A program made the position numbers and the translations under genes. The notes under the pieces were generated by a model, which worked only from the letters and a program-made list of their open reading frames with translations, was not told the DNA's origin and did not search any database. This document shows, one piece after another, positions 24,131 through 37,590 of a stretch of 64,000 nucleotides of DNA (position 1 is its first letter; every line of letters begins with the position of its first letter). This stretch comes from Eledone cirrhosa (taxonomy: Eukaryota), in contig OZ024759.1 in NCBI GenBank assembly GCA_964016885.1, forward strand, positions 9,982,001 through 10,046,000. The letters run 5' to 3'.

Positions 24131-24204
24131 CTGGAATATTCCAACAGATTAATACTTCAATAGGAACCACTGACATATTTCATTAGGAAACACACACAAG
24201 CAAC

Positions 24205-24370
24205 AATTACACATACATATTCATACATACACAAATTACATATATCATACATACACAAATTACATATAACATACATACACAAATTACATATAACATACAT
24301 ACACAAATTACATATATCATACATACACAAATTACATATATCATACATACACAAATTACATATATCATAT
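24205..24370. repeat. 24-bp minisatellite (ACATACACAAATTACATATATCAT)
   Basis: Direct reading. Confidence 0.9.
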
Positions 24371-24492
24371 ATATATATATATTAAAGAGTTAAACAAGAA
24401 TCAATGAGTACATCAAAGAATGAGTTTTACAATAGATTGGAAGCACTCTACAAGAAAAATATTTTCCAGAGTTATTAATATAATATTTGAAT

Positions 24493-24547
<55 letters not shown>

Positions 24548-24640
24548 AAGTAATTCCGTCGGAAAAGTCCAGGAAAAAAGAGTACTCTATGTAAGCAACA
24601 GAGCTTAATTATTATATATATATATATATATATTATATAT

Positions 24641-24672
<32 letters not shown>

Positions 24673-24844
24673 ATATGAATGAATGTATGTATAGTATATT
24701 TGGCAATATACCGTATGTTTAATTAAAAACATTTAGAAGACGATACGCTGGATGTATGCAAAAGGTAAACAGAAATAACAACACAATCAGTACAGTATAT
24801 GTAAGGTATATATTAGGTTAACACTTGAAATAGCAGAAAGAGGG

Positions 24845-24880
24845 TCTTAACATTTCGGACGCTAGTCCTTCATCAGAAGA
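24845..24880 (-). ncRNA. Minimal Penelope-type hammerhead motif
   Basis: TCTT-CTGATGA-A-GGAC-TAGC-GTCC-GAAATGTT-AAGA. Stems I and II pair. GAAAT replaces the usual GAAAC. Confidence 0.65.
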
Positions 24881-25071
24881 AAGAATGAGAAATAAAATAG
24901 ATTAAGGGGACGGGCGGGATGGAATTTGAAAAAATGTCTGTAGATAAAAATAACAGGTCCATTCATGTTAACATCTCTTGGAAAACTGTTGGTGGTGGAG
25001 TTTTGTGTATGATATACTTTTTAGAAAAGTGGATGATATATTAGAAAGTGACAAAGGTGTTGTGTGGTTAC

Positions 25072-25370
25072 TCATCATCATCACCGTTTTACGTCCGTTC
25101 TTCCACGCTAGTATGGGTTAGACGGGTTGTCCTGTTGTGGGCAGTGTCTGGTCGGCTGACCTTGCCTTGCTTATACAGGAACTGATCTGGCTTGATTTCT
25201 ACAGCTGGATGCCCTTCCTAACACCAACCTCATTTACAGTGAGTGCTGGGTGCTTTTTTGCCGTGGCGCCTACACGTCCACTTTACAGTGTGGGCTGGGT
25301 GCTTTTTTGCCGTGGCACCTCCACGACCACCTTGCAGTGGGGTGTGTGGGGGCATATTGTCTATATGCTA
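25072..25370 (-). mobile_element. RTE-related 3' fragment
   Basis: Near-identical to 105-395. An opposite-orientation relative lies at about 26255-26545. Confidence 0.85.
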
Positions 25371-25529
25371 ATAAATATTATTCAGAAAACATGAGAGAAA
25401 CACAACCCTCTTAGTTATCACCACTGTGGTCAGATGTACTGTTTCTAATGCGTTCGAAACATCAGCGATCTACAGAAGATAGCTGATAAGCGGCAATTAC
25501 CCTTGTGTTTATGTTTCTCTTACATCTTC

Positions 25530-25985
25530 TATATATATACTCAGCCTCACATCATCCTGTGAAGAGGCCAACATAATATCTACGACATTCTCAAACATAG
25601 ATTGGATAACACAAGATTTACCATAGAACTCCCCAACAAAAATGGTTCCTAGTCCCTGCTGGACTTCCAGTTCAGAATAACAGAAGAAGGTACTATATAC
25701 ACCTACTTCTATAGGAAAGCCGCCAGCAGAGACCTGCTTGTGTATTATAGATCAGCCCTTTCCCTTGGTACTAAAGCCGGGTACATAAGAAATGAACTTA
25801 CGCATATTCGGAATAAATGCAGCAACATAGAGAACGAGATCACTCACACAGCACACTTCATAGATGTAATGAAGACGAACGGATACCCAACATCCACAGA
25901 GAATCATCTATGGAATTGAAGGAGCCACAGGCATAAGACCTCCTCTAACACCTGCTTTGTGAAAGTAGCACACTTCCGCAATGAA
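25530..25985 (+). mobile_element. Penelope-like element RT fragment
   Basis: RFTIELPNKNGS*SLLDF.F......YTYFYRKAASRDLLVYYRSALS..TK.GYIRNEL..I..KCS.........F...MKTNGYP fits the PLE RT thumb pattern (FT.E, .LD, YRK, NGYP). Confidence 0.82.
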
Positions 25986-26798
25986 GGACTGTAAGTAGTA
26001 CGGACTGTAAGTAGTATATGGATAAAAGCTGGAGGGTAGATTAATTTAAAATAGTATCAATTTTTCTTTGTTCTGTAAAATCAAAGACTGTAAAACAAAT
26101 TTGTAAAAGCTAACGCAATATTGTTAAACATTCCTATAGATCAAAGGATCTATAGTTTAAGTTGTTTCTAGACTTTTCTGGGACGTTACTCTCTCTCTCT
26201 GAATATCTAACACTTTAATTGTATCTCTCTCTGTATAACGGCCTATCTTTCTTCACGGCAAAAAAGCACCCAGCCCACACTGTAAAGTGGACGTGTAGGT
26301 GCCACGGTAAAAAAGCACCCAGCCCACACTGTAAAGTGGATGTGGAGGTGCCACGGCAAAAAAAGCACCCAGCACTCACTGTAAATGAGGTTGATGTTAG
26401 GAAGGGCATCCAGCTGTAGAAATCAAGCCAGAATCAGTTCTGGTATGAGCAAGGCATGGTCAGCCGACCGGACACTGTCCACAACAGGACAACCCGTCTA
26501 ACCCAAGCTAGCGTGGAAGAACGGACGTAAAATGGTGATGATAAATGCTATCCAAGGGAAAGGCAAAAGCCAATTCAGCTTAGCACCTATATTACAGCAA
26601 CTCATTTTTACCAGCTAAGTGGACTGGTGCAACATGAACTAAAGTGTCTTGCTCAAGGACACAACACGCTGCCAGGTTTGGTTTGAGTATCAAACTTACG
26701 ACCTTACACTTGAGAAGTCACCCCCGCCAACACTAACCCCACTCTAACCTGCACTTTCACTATTAAGAGATAACAGTAGTAGAAAGAGTTATACTTAC

Positions 26799-26889
26799 TG
26801 AAGGTTATGTGGAGAATTTCGTCAAGAGACTCCAATTCGGAACCACTCATATAGAGTTTGTAGGACTCATCAAGGTACTTATATATGAG
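26799..26889 (-). CDS. NDC80: NDC80 coding exon 6 (LIYKYLDESYKLYMSGSELESLDEILHITF)
   Basis: ttag/gtaagt boundaries, 91 nt, Y...Y..YMSG motif. Confidence 0.93.
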
Positions 26890-27364
26890 CTAAGAAAACA
26901 AAGGTAACAGTTGTGTGAATTAAACAGTTTACAAATAAAACAAGTTGGGTCTTTTAACTCCCTCATTTGCAGAAAACTGTGATGGAAGGTTTAACCCTTT
27001 AGCATTCACATTACTCTATATATACTATTATATTTTCATTCTAAAGGCTTTACCTCGCATAATTATCTCACATAATATCGAATCTATGAGATTTTGAAAG
27101 TATTTATTTTGAGAACAATACCTTAACATCAGTTTGAGTGACCAGTTACAGCCAGTTTCAACAGAAAGAAGTAGAGAATTCTGGTCAGTTTTGGCCAGTT
27201 TGAACATTAAAGGGTTAAGATAAATATAAACACTTTAACCCTTTCGTTTAGAGAAAATTATGATGGCAGGTTTAACCCTTTAGCATTTAAACCGGCCAAA
27301 TCTGGCCAGAATTCTCTCACCTCTTTCTGTTTAAACTGGCTGTAACTAGCCACTCTTTTTTTTT

Positions 27365-27702
27365 TGGAGGCCTCACTCTGTCACGAATGACCAGGGTTTT
27401 GCACCTAGAAAGTTTCCATCCGAGGCACAAGCCTGGGCAAAGTGTGTTTTGTGGAAGACCAGCAGTCGCCCATGTATACCAGTCTTCCCTCTCCACGCCA
27501 CCGATGCTGTCCAAGGGAAAGACAATGACCGATACAGCTTGGCACCAGTGACGTCGCACTCATTTCTACAGCTGAGTAAACCGGAGCAACGTGGAATAAA
27601 GTGTCTTGCTCAAGAACACAACGCATCACACGGTCTGAGAATCGAACTCACAACCTCTCAACTGCAAGCCCAATGCTCTAACCACTAAGCCATGTGCCTT
27701 CA
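27365..27702 (-). mobile_element. SINE A-head element with a different tail, nested in a piggyBac-like MITE
   Basis: tRNA head at about 27600-27700. The host sequence AACTAGCCACTC is duplicated on both sides. Confidence 0.8.
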
Positions 27703-28264
27703 ACTAGCCACTCATACTGATGTCAAGGTATTGTTCTCAAAATAAATAATATCAAAATCTCATAGATTCAATATTATGTGAAGTAAAGCCTTTCCCATGA
27801 AAATACAATAGGAAATATAGAGTAATGTAAATGCTAAAGAATTATAAACATTTTAACCCTTTCATTAACATATTTCTAATGAAATACACTGCCTCTGATT
27901 TTTGAATAATTTTGAAAATAATCTCGAATTTGGAGGGCTTTCATAGTACACTTGTATATACTCAAATATAAGCTGACCCTTCTATTTTATGTCAGAGAAA
28001 TGGGCAAAAATCCAAATGCTGTTTATATGCCATGGCAGCTAATCAACAACCTGGCATTCCCCACAACAGGACAACTCGTCTAACCCATTCTAATGAGGAA
28101 AAATGGACGTTAAACAGCGATGATGATGATGAAGTAACTTCAAAGTAGTGCCCCAGCATGGCCACAGTCTAGTGACCAGTTCCAGAGTAAAAGGAGGTGG
28201 TGCCCAAGCATGGCCACAGTCATGTGACTGAAACCAGTAAAAGAATGAAACCAGCTCTACTCAC

Positions 28265-28345
28265 CAGTGAATCTGATGAATTATCAAAATCTTCTTCTTG
28301 ATGAAAGATGATGTCATCAGTTTCTTGATTTAAAGACAGACCTGC
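28265..28345 (-). CDS. NDC80: NDC80 coding exon 5 (AGLSLNQETDDIIFHQEEDFDNSSDSL)
   Basis: ctccag/gtgagt boundaries, 81 nt, phase 0-0, acidic linker. Confidence 0.88.
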
Positions 28346-28499
28346 CTGGAGATAGAGAGAGGATATATATATATATATATATATATATTAGTAAATCTGT
28401 ATTCCAATGTTACTAAGTAGTCGCATTGGATGGAGTCAACCGACGTCGAAGATTGCTCAACGTATAATAAAGTGTGTTTTAAAATCCGGAGAAAATATG

Positions 28500-28817
28500 G
28501 AGAAGAAGTTTATGAAACGGAAATGCGGGTATAAAGAATTTATTAGGTAACAATTGTTTCTATAGTGTATGGGTTACCTATACCTCGCTATTTGAATAAT
28601 ATAAAAATATTATCATAAACCGAAGGTACACTGCAAGCAAACACACCATGTCGTCACACCTTTGTATTGGAATGGTGTGTTTGCTTGCAGTGTACCTTCG
28701 GTTTATGATAATATTTTTATATTATTCAAATAGCGAGGTATAGGTAACCCATACACTATAGAAACAATTGTTACCTAATAAATTCTTTATATCCGCATTT
28801 CCGTTTCATAAACTTCT

Positions 28818-28822
<5 letters not shown>
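28500..28822. repeat. Near-perfect inverted repeat, arms about 150 bp
   Basis: 28500-28650 is the reverse complement of about 28672-28822. Confidence 0.9.
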
Positions 28823-28853
<31 letters not shown>

Positions 28854-29073
28854 TATATATATATATAGATATATATATAGATATATATAGATAGATATAG
28901 ATATATATAGATAGATATAGATATATATAGATAGATATAGATATATCTATCTATATATATATATATATATAGATAGATATAGATATATCTATCTATATAT
29001 ATATATATATAGATAGATATAGATATATCTATCTATATATATATATATATATAGATAGATATAGATATATCTA

Positions 29074-29115
<42 letters not shown>

Positions 29116-29243
29116 TATATATATATATAGAGAGAGAGAGAAAGAGAGATATAGAGAGAGAGAAAGAGAGAGAGAGAAAGAGAGAAAGAGAAAGAGAGAA
29201 AGAGAGAAAGAGAAAGAGAGAAAGAGAGAAAGAGAGATAGTGA

Positions 29244-29287
<44 letters not shown>
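28820..29287. repeat. (TA)n/(GATA)n/(GA)n compound microsatellite
   Basis: Direct reading. Confidence 0.95.
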
Positions 29288-29291
<4 letters not shown>

Positions 29292-29417
29292 GTGACGTTT
29301 TTTTTACAAAATGAAAAATAACCGGTGTCCTACACGAGTGAAAGTATAAAGAAAAAAAGATGAAATCGAAAATGCAACTGGAGTCTTATTTAAAAAAATA
29401 TATATATATTTATTTGG

Positions 29418-29543
29418 TTCCTTTACCGGTTTCACAGTTCTGCTTTTCAAAAGTAGAGTTGAGATGGAGGGTCGGCGGTTTTTCTCACATCTGTGAGAAA
29501 AACCACAGACCCTCCATCTCAACTCTACTTTTGAAAAGCAGAA
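29418..29543. repeat. Near-perfect palindrome, arms about 60 bp
   Basis: TTCTGCTTTTCAAAAGTAGAGTTGAGATGGAGGGTC ... GACCCTCCATCTCAACTCTACTTTTGAAAAGCAGAA. Confidence 0.9.
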
Positions 29544-30124
29544 GAATATTCATTAGTTAAGCAAAACAAGACCACAAATTTCACAAGGAAGACATTATTA
29601 AAAGATTGTCAACATATTTTAGTTTGATGTAAGGAATGTAGAGAATAATAATAATAATTGTTTCTACTTTTGGCACAAGGCCATCAATTACCCAGTGCAT
29701 TACTGGTACTTTATTTTATCGACCCCGTAAGAATAATAATAATATTTCCAGCTCTGCGCACCTAACTTCTGCATGAACCCAGCCACCTAGCTGCTTTCTA
29801 CTGCATATTGCACATTGAGCACATGCCTTTACGCTTTGGCTTCTAACTAACTCACCAATCTCTCCTCTCCTATCTCCATCTCTCTCTTTAAGATTGGTTA
29901 CTCTTGAACTGTGTATATATATATATATATATTTGAAAAAAAGGGAAAGAATGACTTCACTTGTAGTGTTAAATAATTTGATTTAATTTTATAATATTAT
30001 AATATTATGAGTTGGTAGATGTAGTAAGTTCCTTGTTAACTTCGGTGGGAAGAATTTTAAAGATTCCTGGTTAACTTTGTTGGAGAATTTTCTCGCATTT
30101 GTCTGTCTGTGGCAATTGTCAAAC

Positions 30125-32295
30125 TGAGATCAGGTTGTATTGTGATGTGTGACTATATATAAGAGAGATCAGGTTGTATTGTGATGTGTGACTATATATA
30201 AGAGAGATGAGGTTGTATTGTGATGTGTGACTATATATAAGAGAGATGAGGTTGTGTTGTGATGTGTGACTATATATGAGAGAGATGAGGTTGTATTGTG
30301 ATGTGTGACTATATATAAGAGAGATGAGGTTGTGTTGTGATGTGTGACTATATATAAGAGAGATGAGGTTGTATTGTGATGTGTGACTATATATAAGAGA
30401 GATGAGGTTGTATTGTGATGTGTGACTATATATAAGAGAGATGAGGTTGTATTGTGATGTGTGACTATATATAAGAGAGATGAGGTTGTGTTGTGATGTG
30501 TGACTATATATAAGAGAGATCAGGTTGTGTTGTGATGTGTGACTCTATATATAAGAGAGATGAGGTTGTGTTGTGATGTGTGACTCTATATAAGAGAGAT
30601 GAGGTTGTATTGTGATGTGTGACTATATATAAGAGAGATGAGGTTGTGTTGTGATGTGTGACTCTATATATAAGAGAGATGAGGTTGTGTTGTGATGTGT
30701 GACTCTATATATAAGAGAGATGAGGTTGTGTTGTGATGTGTGACTCTATATAAGAGAGATGAGGTTGTATTGTGATGTGTGACTATATATAAGAGAGATG
30801 AGGTTGTGTTGTGATGTGTGACTCTATATATAAGAGAGATGAGGTTGTGTTGTGATGTGTGACTATATATAAGAGAGATCAGGTTGTGTTGTGATGTGTG
30901 ACTCTATATATAAGAGAGATGAGGTTGTGTTGTGATGTGTGACTCTATATAAGAGAGATGAGGTTGTATTGTGATGTGTGACTATATATAAGAGAGATGA
31001 GGTTGTGTTGTGATGTGTGACTCTATATATAAGAGAGATGAGGTTGTGTTGTGATGTGTGACTCTATATATAAGAGAGATGAGGTTGTGTTGTGATGTGT
31101 GACTCAATATATAAGAGAGATCAGGTTGTGTTGTGATGTGTGACTCTATATATAAGAGAGATCAGGTTGTGTTGTGATGTGTGACTATATATAAGAGAGA
31201 TCAGGTTGTGTTGTGATGTGTGACTCTATATATAAGAGAGATGAGGTTGTGTTGTGATGTGTGACTCTATATATAAGAGAGATCAGGTTGTGTTGTGATG
31301 TGTGACTCTATATATAAGAGAGATGAGGTTGTGTTGTGATGTGTGACTCAATATATAAGAGAGATGAGGTTGTGTTGTGATGTGTGACTCAATATATAAG
31401 AGAGATGAGGTTGTGTTGTGATGTGACTCTATATATAAGAGAGATCAGGTTGTGTTGTGATGTGTGACTATATATATAAGAGAGATCAGGTTGTGTTGTG
31501 ATGTGTGACTATATATAAGAGAGATCAGGTTGTGTTGTGATGTGTGACTCTATATATAAGAGAGATCAGGTTGTATTGTGATGTGTGACTATATATAAGA
31601 GAGATGAGGTTGTGTTGTGATGTGTGACTCTATATATAAGAGAGATGAGGTTGTGTTGTGATGTGTGACTCTATATATAAGAGAGATCAGGTTGTGTGGT
31701 GATGTGTGACTCTATATATAAGAGAGATCAGGTTGTGTTGTGATGTGTGACTCTATATATAAGAGAGATCAGGTTGTGTTGTGATGTGTGACTCAATATA
31801 TAAGAGAGATCAGGTTGTGTTGTGATGTGTGACTCTATATATAAGAGAGATCAGGTTGTGTTGTGATGTGTGACTCTATATATAAGAGAGATCAGGTTGT
31901 GTTGTGATGTGACTATATATAAGAGAGATCAGGTTGTGTTGTGATGTGTGACTCTATATATAAGAGAGATCAGGTTGTGTTGTGATGTGTGACTATATAT
32001 AAGAGAGATCAAGTTGTGTTGTGATGTGTGACTCTATATATAAGAGAGATCAGGTTGTGTTGTGATGTGTGACTCAATATATAAGAGAGATCAGGTTGTG
32101 TTGTGATGTGTGACTCTATATATAAGAGAGATCAAGTTGTGTTGTGATGTGTGACTCAATATATAAGAGAGATCAGGTTGTGTTGTGATGTGTGACTCAA
32201 TATATAAGAGAGATCAGGTTGTGTTGTGATATGTGACTCTATATATAAGAGAGATCAGGTTGTTTTGTGATGTGACTCTATATATAAGAGATATT
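30125..32295. repeat. 39/41-bp satellite (GAGAGATSAGGTTGTGTTGTGATGTGTGACT(CT)ATATATAA)
   Basis: More than 50 units by direct reading. Confidence 0.96.
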
Positions 32296-32514
32296 TGGAT
32301 GTGTCTGGGGGTGGGGTGTGGCGTTAATGAGTGTGGGAGTGAAGGAGTGTTGATGATTTAAAGGAATTAAAGCATACACACACACACACACACATACATA
32401 CATAGGAAATGGTGAATATTGACAGCAAGATAAAGGGATGAGAGTGTTTTAGAAAGGGGTATTTAACTTTCACAAACTAATCTCTACTCTCTCTTTTGGG
32501 ATTGGATTGTACAC

Positions 32515-32968
32515 ATACATATAATATATACATATAACATATATATATATATATATAATATATATACATATAACATATATATAATATATATACATATAAC
32601 ATATATATATATAATATATATACATATAACATTTATATATATATATAATATATATACATATAACATATATATATATATAATATATATACATATAACATAT
32701 ATATATAATATATATACATATAACACATATATATATATATATAATATATATACATATAACATATATATATATATAATATTATACATATAACATATATATA
32801 TATATATAATATATATACATATAACTTATATATATATATATATAATATATATACATATAACATATATATATATAATATATATACATATAACATACATATA
32901 TATACATATAACATATACATATACATATATATAATATATATACATATAACATATACATATATATATAA
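32515..32968. repeat. AT-rich compound minisatellite
   Basis: Direct reading. Confidence 0.93.
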
Positions 32969-33208
32969 TTGTTTCTACATTTGGCACAAGGCCAGCAATT
33001 ACCCAGTACATTACTGGTACTTTATTTTATCGACCCCGTAAGGATGAAAGGCAAAGTTAACCTCGACGGGATTTGAACTCAGACCGTAAAGGGACATAAC
33101 TCTATGCTGGAAAGCATGCGTCCGACCCTCTACCGATACTGCCAATCCACCATATATTAATATATAAGGGAACAAAGAATCAGTGTTGCATCAAATACAT
33201 GTTTAATT

Positions 33209-33300
33209 ACATATTACATATGTTTCACTGCCGGTCAGCTCAAGGAACGATCTATTAATGATCGAACCCGACTCTGGAATCAGAAGCTCTTCAGATATGT
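33209..33300 (-). ncRNA. Type I hammerhead ribozyme motif, long stem II subtype
   Basis: ACATAT-CTGAAGA-GCT..(about 60 nt)..AGT-GAA-ACATATGT-A-ATATGT. Perfect 6-bp stem I, GUA cleavage triplet. Confidence 0.8.
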
Positions 33301-33409
33301 TTCATACTACCTATGGACACAATTAATTTACACCTTAATGCCTATATATATTAGGAATCAGTATCAGTGCTCTGAAATAGCCATGTATGTATAGTATATT
33401 TGATAATAT

Positions 33410-34122
33410 ATCATCATCATCATTTTACGTCCGCTTTTCCCTGCTTGCAAGGGTGGGACGGGAACTGATTCTGGCTTGATTTCTACAGCTGGATGCCCTT
33501 CCTAACACCAACCTCATTTACAGTGAGTGCTGGGTGCTTTTTTGCCGTGGCACCTCCACGACCACTTTGCGGTGGAATGATAGGCACCCCAGTCCCTATC
33601 ATCTCATTTCTACAGCTGAGTAAACTGGAGCAATGTGAAATAAAGTGTCTTGCTCAAGGAAACAACACATCACCCGGTCTGAGAATTGAACTCACAACCT
33701 TTCGATTGCAAGGCCAATGCTCTAACCACTAAGCCATGTGCCTCTGTATGTTTATTTTAAAACATTTTAAAGACCATTCGGATGCTAATGGCTCAGTGGT
33801 TAGAGCATTGGCCTTGCAATCGAAAGGTTGTGAGTTCAATTCTCAGACCGGGCGATGTGTTGTTTCCTTGAGCAAGACACTTTATTTCACATTGCACCAG
33901 TATACTCAGCTGTAGAAATGAGATGATAGGGACTGGGGTCCATATCATTCCACTGCAAAGTGGTCGTGGAGGTGCCATGGCAAAAAAGCACCCAGCACTC
34001 ACTGTAATGAGGTTGGTGTTAGGAAGGGCATCCAGCTGTAGAAATCAAGCCAGAATCAGTTCCCGTCCCACCCTTGCAAGCAGGGAAAAAGTGGACGTAA
34101 AATGAAATGATGATGATGATGA
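33410..34122. mobile_element. Head-to-head inverted pair of SINE family A
   Basis: Minus copy 33410-33745, plus copy 33788-34122. Confidence 0.92.
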
Positions 34123-34709
34123 GTAGCTTTGAGTTTTAAAGTAGTGAGTATGTCACTTACTTAGTCTCGGCAAAAACAAGGGGAAGCAACTGATGGCCGT
34201 TTCTTGCTTGTTAGCAATTGTCAAGACTTAATATCCCTTTGCTTCTGCCGAGGTTTATAGAAGCTGGATTCTTATAGAATTCCAGTGATGTTTAAGAGTT
34301 GATTAAACAGAGTGGTTGCAGGTCCAGCAAAAATTAGGAATTAGTATCAGTACTCTGAAATAGTGATGTATGTATGAATACAAGTATAGTATATTTGATA
34401 ATATACTGTATGTTTATTTAAAAACATTTTGACACCATTCGCTATGGTAAGTGATGTAGTCACTACTTTGAAACTCATAGCAAATGGTCTTCAAAATGTT
34501 ATCAAATATACTATACATACATTCATATATTATCAAATATACTATACATACATTCATATATTATCAAATATACTATACATACATTCATATATATATACAC
34601 ACACACACACATATATAACTTTAATAAGTAGATAGATCTAGTTTATTATGAAATGACAAGATTATCCATATAATACATATAGTTGTAGCGAAATGAAAGT
34701 ATATCAAAC

Positions 34710-34895
34710 CTTGACAAGTTCTGTTAACCAGACGAGTGCTGAGAGTAAATTAGGCCAGGTGTGAGGGCTGCCAATTGTGAACATAGAGCTCTTGTTGATG
34801 GTGAAAGGGTAACCAAGGGAACGGAAGTAGCGAGGTATTTCTTCATCGTATTTATCAGGCAACTTGTATTTGTATTCAATGTGTTTCACAATAAA
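34710..34895 (-). CDS. NDC80: NDC80 coding exon 4 (FIVKHIEY...LGYPFTINKSSMFTIGSPHTWPNLLSALVWLTELVK)
   Basis: tag/gtttga boundaries, 186 nt, most conserved part of the CH domain. Confidence 0.97.
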
Positions 34896-35612
34896 CTACA
34901 ACATAACATAACTGCCATTAATTCAACTCAAATCAAACATTTAAATTTACATTTGTGGCAAGAGGGAGTCAGCAGTGATATAAAAAGGTGTATAATAAAT
35001 CAGAAGGTGTTTTGATTGAAAACAAAGGAATTTATTAAGTCATGTTGACAAGCATAACTAATACAGAATATGTGTGAATGTAAAGATGGTGTGTTGGGAT
35101 GTGAGAACAAAGTTGTATATGAGCAGGTCAGTGGGAAATAATGTTCAAGTCCATGAGTGTTGTAAATATTAGCTTTCAGTTACTCACATTGGAGAAGTAA
35201 AGTCCTTGCTTTGTATATAAGAATAAGTGTTTCTACTTTTGGCACAAGGCCAGCAATTACCCAGTACATTACTGGTACTTTATTTCATCGATCCCGTAAG
35301 GATGAAAAGCAAAGTTAACCTCGACGAGATTTGAACTCAGCCCGTAAAGCATGGTGTCCAACCCTCTACCGATACTGCCATATAAGAATAAGGCCATGTT
35401 GTGGCATATGAAATGTGTCAGCTAATGGTGTCCTGAGTTGCTGATGGTGATAGACGGAGCGCTGGATATGTCTTGGCAGGCTGGAAATACTAGCAGCAAC
35501 TAAACTCTTCATTTTAAGTTTTCACACCCGTTACACTTGGGCGGAATTGATGTCACCGAGCCTTTGCGCATGTATTCACTACACACTCATTAAATTTCTT
35601 AAAAGTCTAAAG

Positions 35613-36542
35613 CAGAGGTTCTCAAAGTGGGCTTACACCCCCCCTCCCCCCACATTGAGAAGGTCCAGGAGTGTGCGGGAGTCAAAGGGAGTAGTGGGGG
35701 AGTGGTAGAGATGATATAATATTATATTAAATATCAAATGATATTATACATCATCATTTTTCATCATCATCATTTTACGTCTGCTTTTCCCCTGCTTGCA
35801 AGGGTGGGACGGGAACTGATTCTGGCTTGATTTCTACAGCTGGATGCCCTTCCTAACACGAACCTCATGTACAGTGAGTGCTGGGTGCTTTTTTTGCCGT
35901 GGCACCTCCACGACCACTTTGCAGTGGAATGATAGGGACCCCAGTCCCTATCATCTCATTTCTACAGCTGAGTAAACTGGAGCAATGTGAAATAAAGTGT
36001 CTTGCTCAAGGAAACAACACATCACCCGGTCTGAGAATTGAACTCACAACCTTTCGATTGCAAGCCCAATGCTCTAACCACCACTAAGCCATATATAACC
36101 AGCTATATAAATATAGTAAAATAAAAAATATATATATTATCTATTTATACATAGAATATATTATACTGGTTTTTGAATTTGCTTTGCAAGATTTCTTATC
36201 TGAAAACGTGTGCTGAAATATATATTGTTATACTTTGGGAGGGTCATGTTGCCAATAAAAACACAGGCACCTGTTGGTTTCACTTCAATTTATTATCAAA
36301 CCAACCAACCGGAAATTTACAATAAATTGAAGTGAAAACCAACAGGTGCCTGTGTTTTTATTGGCAACATGACCCTTCCAAATTATAACAATATATTATA
36401 TTATTTATTATATATAAATTAACGATTTTAGTTATTATATATTATTTAAAATTTGTGTGTCTCTCTGGAAACAGGATTGGGGGGACTGAGGGCATTACGT
36501 AGTTGAAGGAAGCAGTGGATCAAAAAAGTTTGAGAACCTCTG
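35613..36542. mobile_element. hAT (Charlie-like) MITE with a nested SINE A and a palindrome
   Basis: TIR CAGAGGTTCTCAAA / TTTGAGAACCTCTG, perfect 8-bp TSD GTCTAAAG. SINE at about 35750-36092, inverted repeat at about 36220-36396. Confidence 0.9.
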
Positions 36543-36544
36543 GT

Positions 36545-36820
36545 CTAAAGTCTGTACTCAGCCCAGAAGCTCATCAGACCGGTGTTTATCCCGGTTTCTA
36601 TGGCATGAGGCGACTGAGAGTACAATACTCCCTCATGGACAGGCTGCTAGTCCATCGCAGGATTAAACTCCCAGCTATTGCTGGTACTCGCTTCCAGCTG
36701 AATACACTGGAGTAATGTGAAATGAAGTGTTTTACTCAACAACACGCAACTCAGGCGAGGAATTGAAACCACAACATTGTCATTGTAAGTACGACACCGT
36801 AACAAGGCCAACCACATCCA
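36545..36820 (-). mobile_element. tRNA-derived SINE with a different (CTAAAGT-type) tail
   Basis: Homologous to 59688-59970. Confidence 0.75.
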
Positions 36821-36837
36821 TACATCATTAAATTTAC

Positions 36838-37590
36838 GCATAACAATCTACACACATAAAAATCTACATAACAATCTACACACATAAAAATCTACATAAC
36901 AATCTACACACATAAAAATCTACATAATCTACACACATAAAAATCTACATAAGAATTTACATAATCTACACATAAAAATCTACATAAGAATTTACATAAT
37001 CTACACATAAAAATCTACATAAGAATTTACATAATCTACACATAAAAATCTACATAACAATCTACACACATAAAAATCTACATAATCTACACACATAAAA
37101 ATCTACATAACAATCTACACACATAAAAATCTACATAATCTATACACATAATAATCTACATAACAATCTACACACATAAAAATCTACATAATCTACACAC
37201 ATAAAAATCTACATAATCTACACACATAAAAATCTACATAATCTACACACATAAAAATCTACATAATCTATACACATAATAATCTACATAATCTACACAC
37301 ATAAAAATATGCATAACAATCTATACAATCTACACACAAAAATCTACTTATCAATCTACACACATAAAAATCTACATAATCTACACAATCTACACACATA
37401 AAAATCTACATAATCTATACACATAATAATCTACATAATCTACACAACAATCTACACACATAAAAATCTACATAACAATCTACACACATAAAAATTTACA
37501 TAATCTACACAACAATCTACACATATAATATCTATACACAATAAATTTACACATTATAATCTACACAAAAATGTACACATCAAAATTTAT
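36838..37590. repeat. Degenerate AATCTACACACATAAAAATCTACAT minisatellite
   Basis: Direct reading. Confidence 0.93.
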
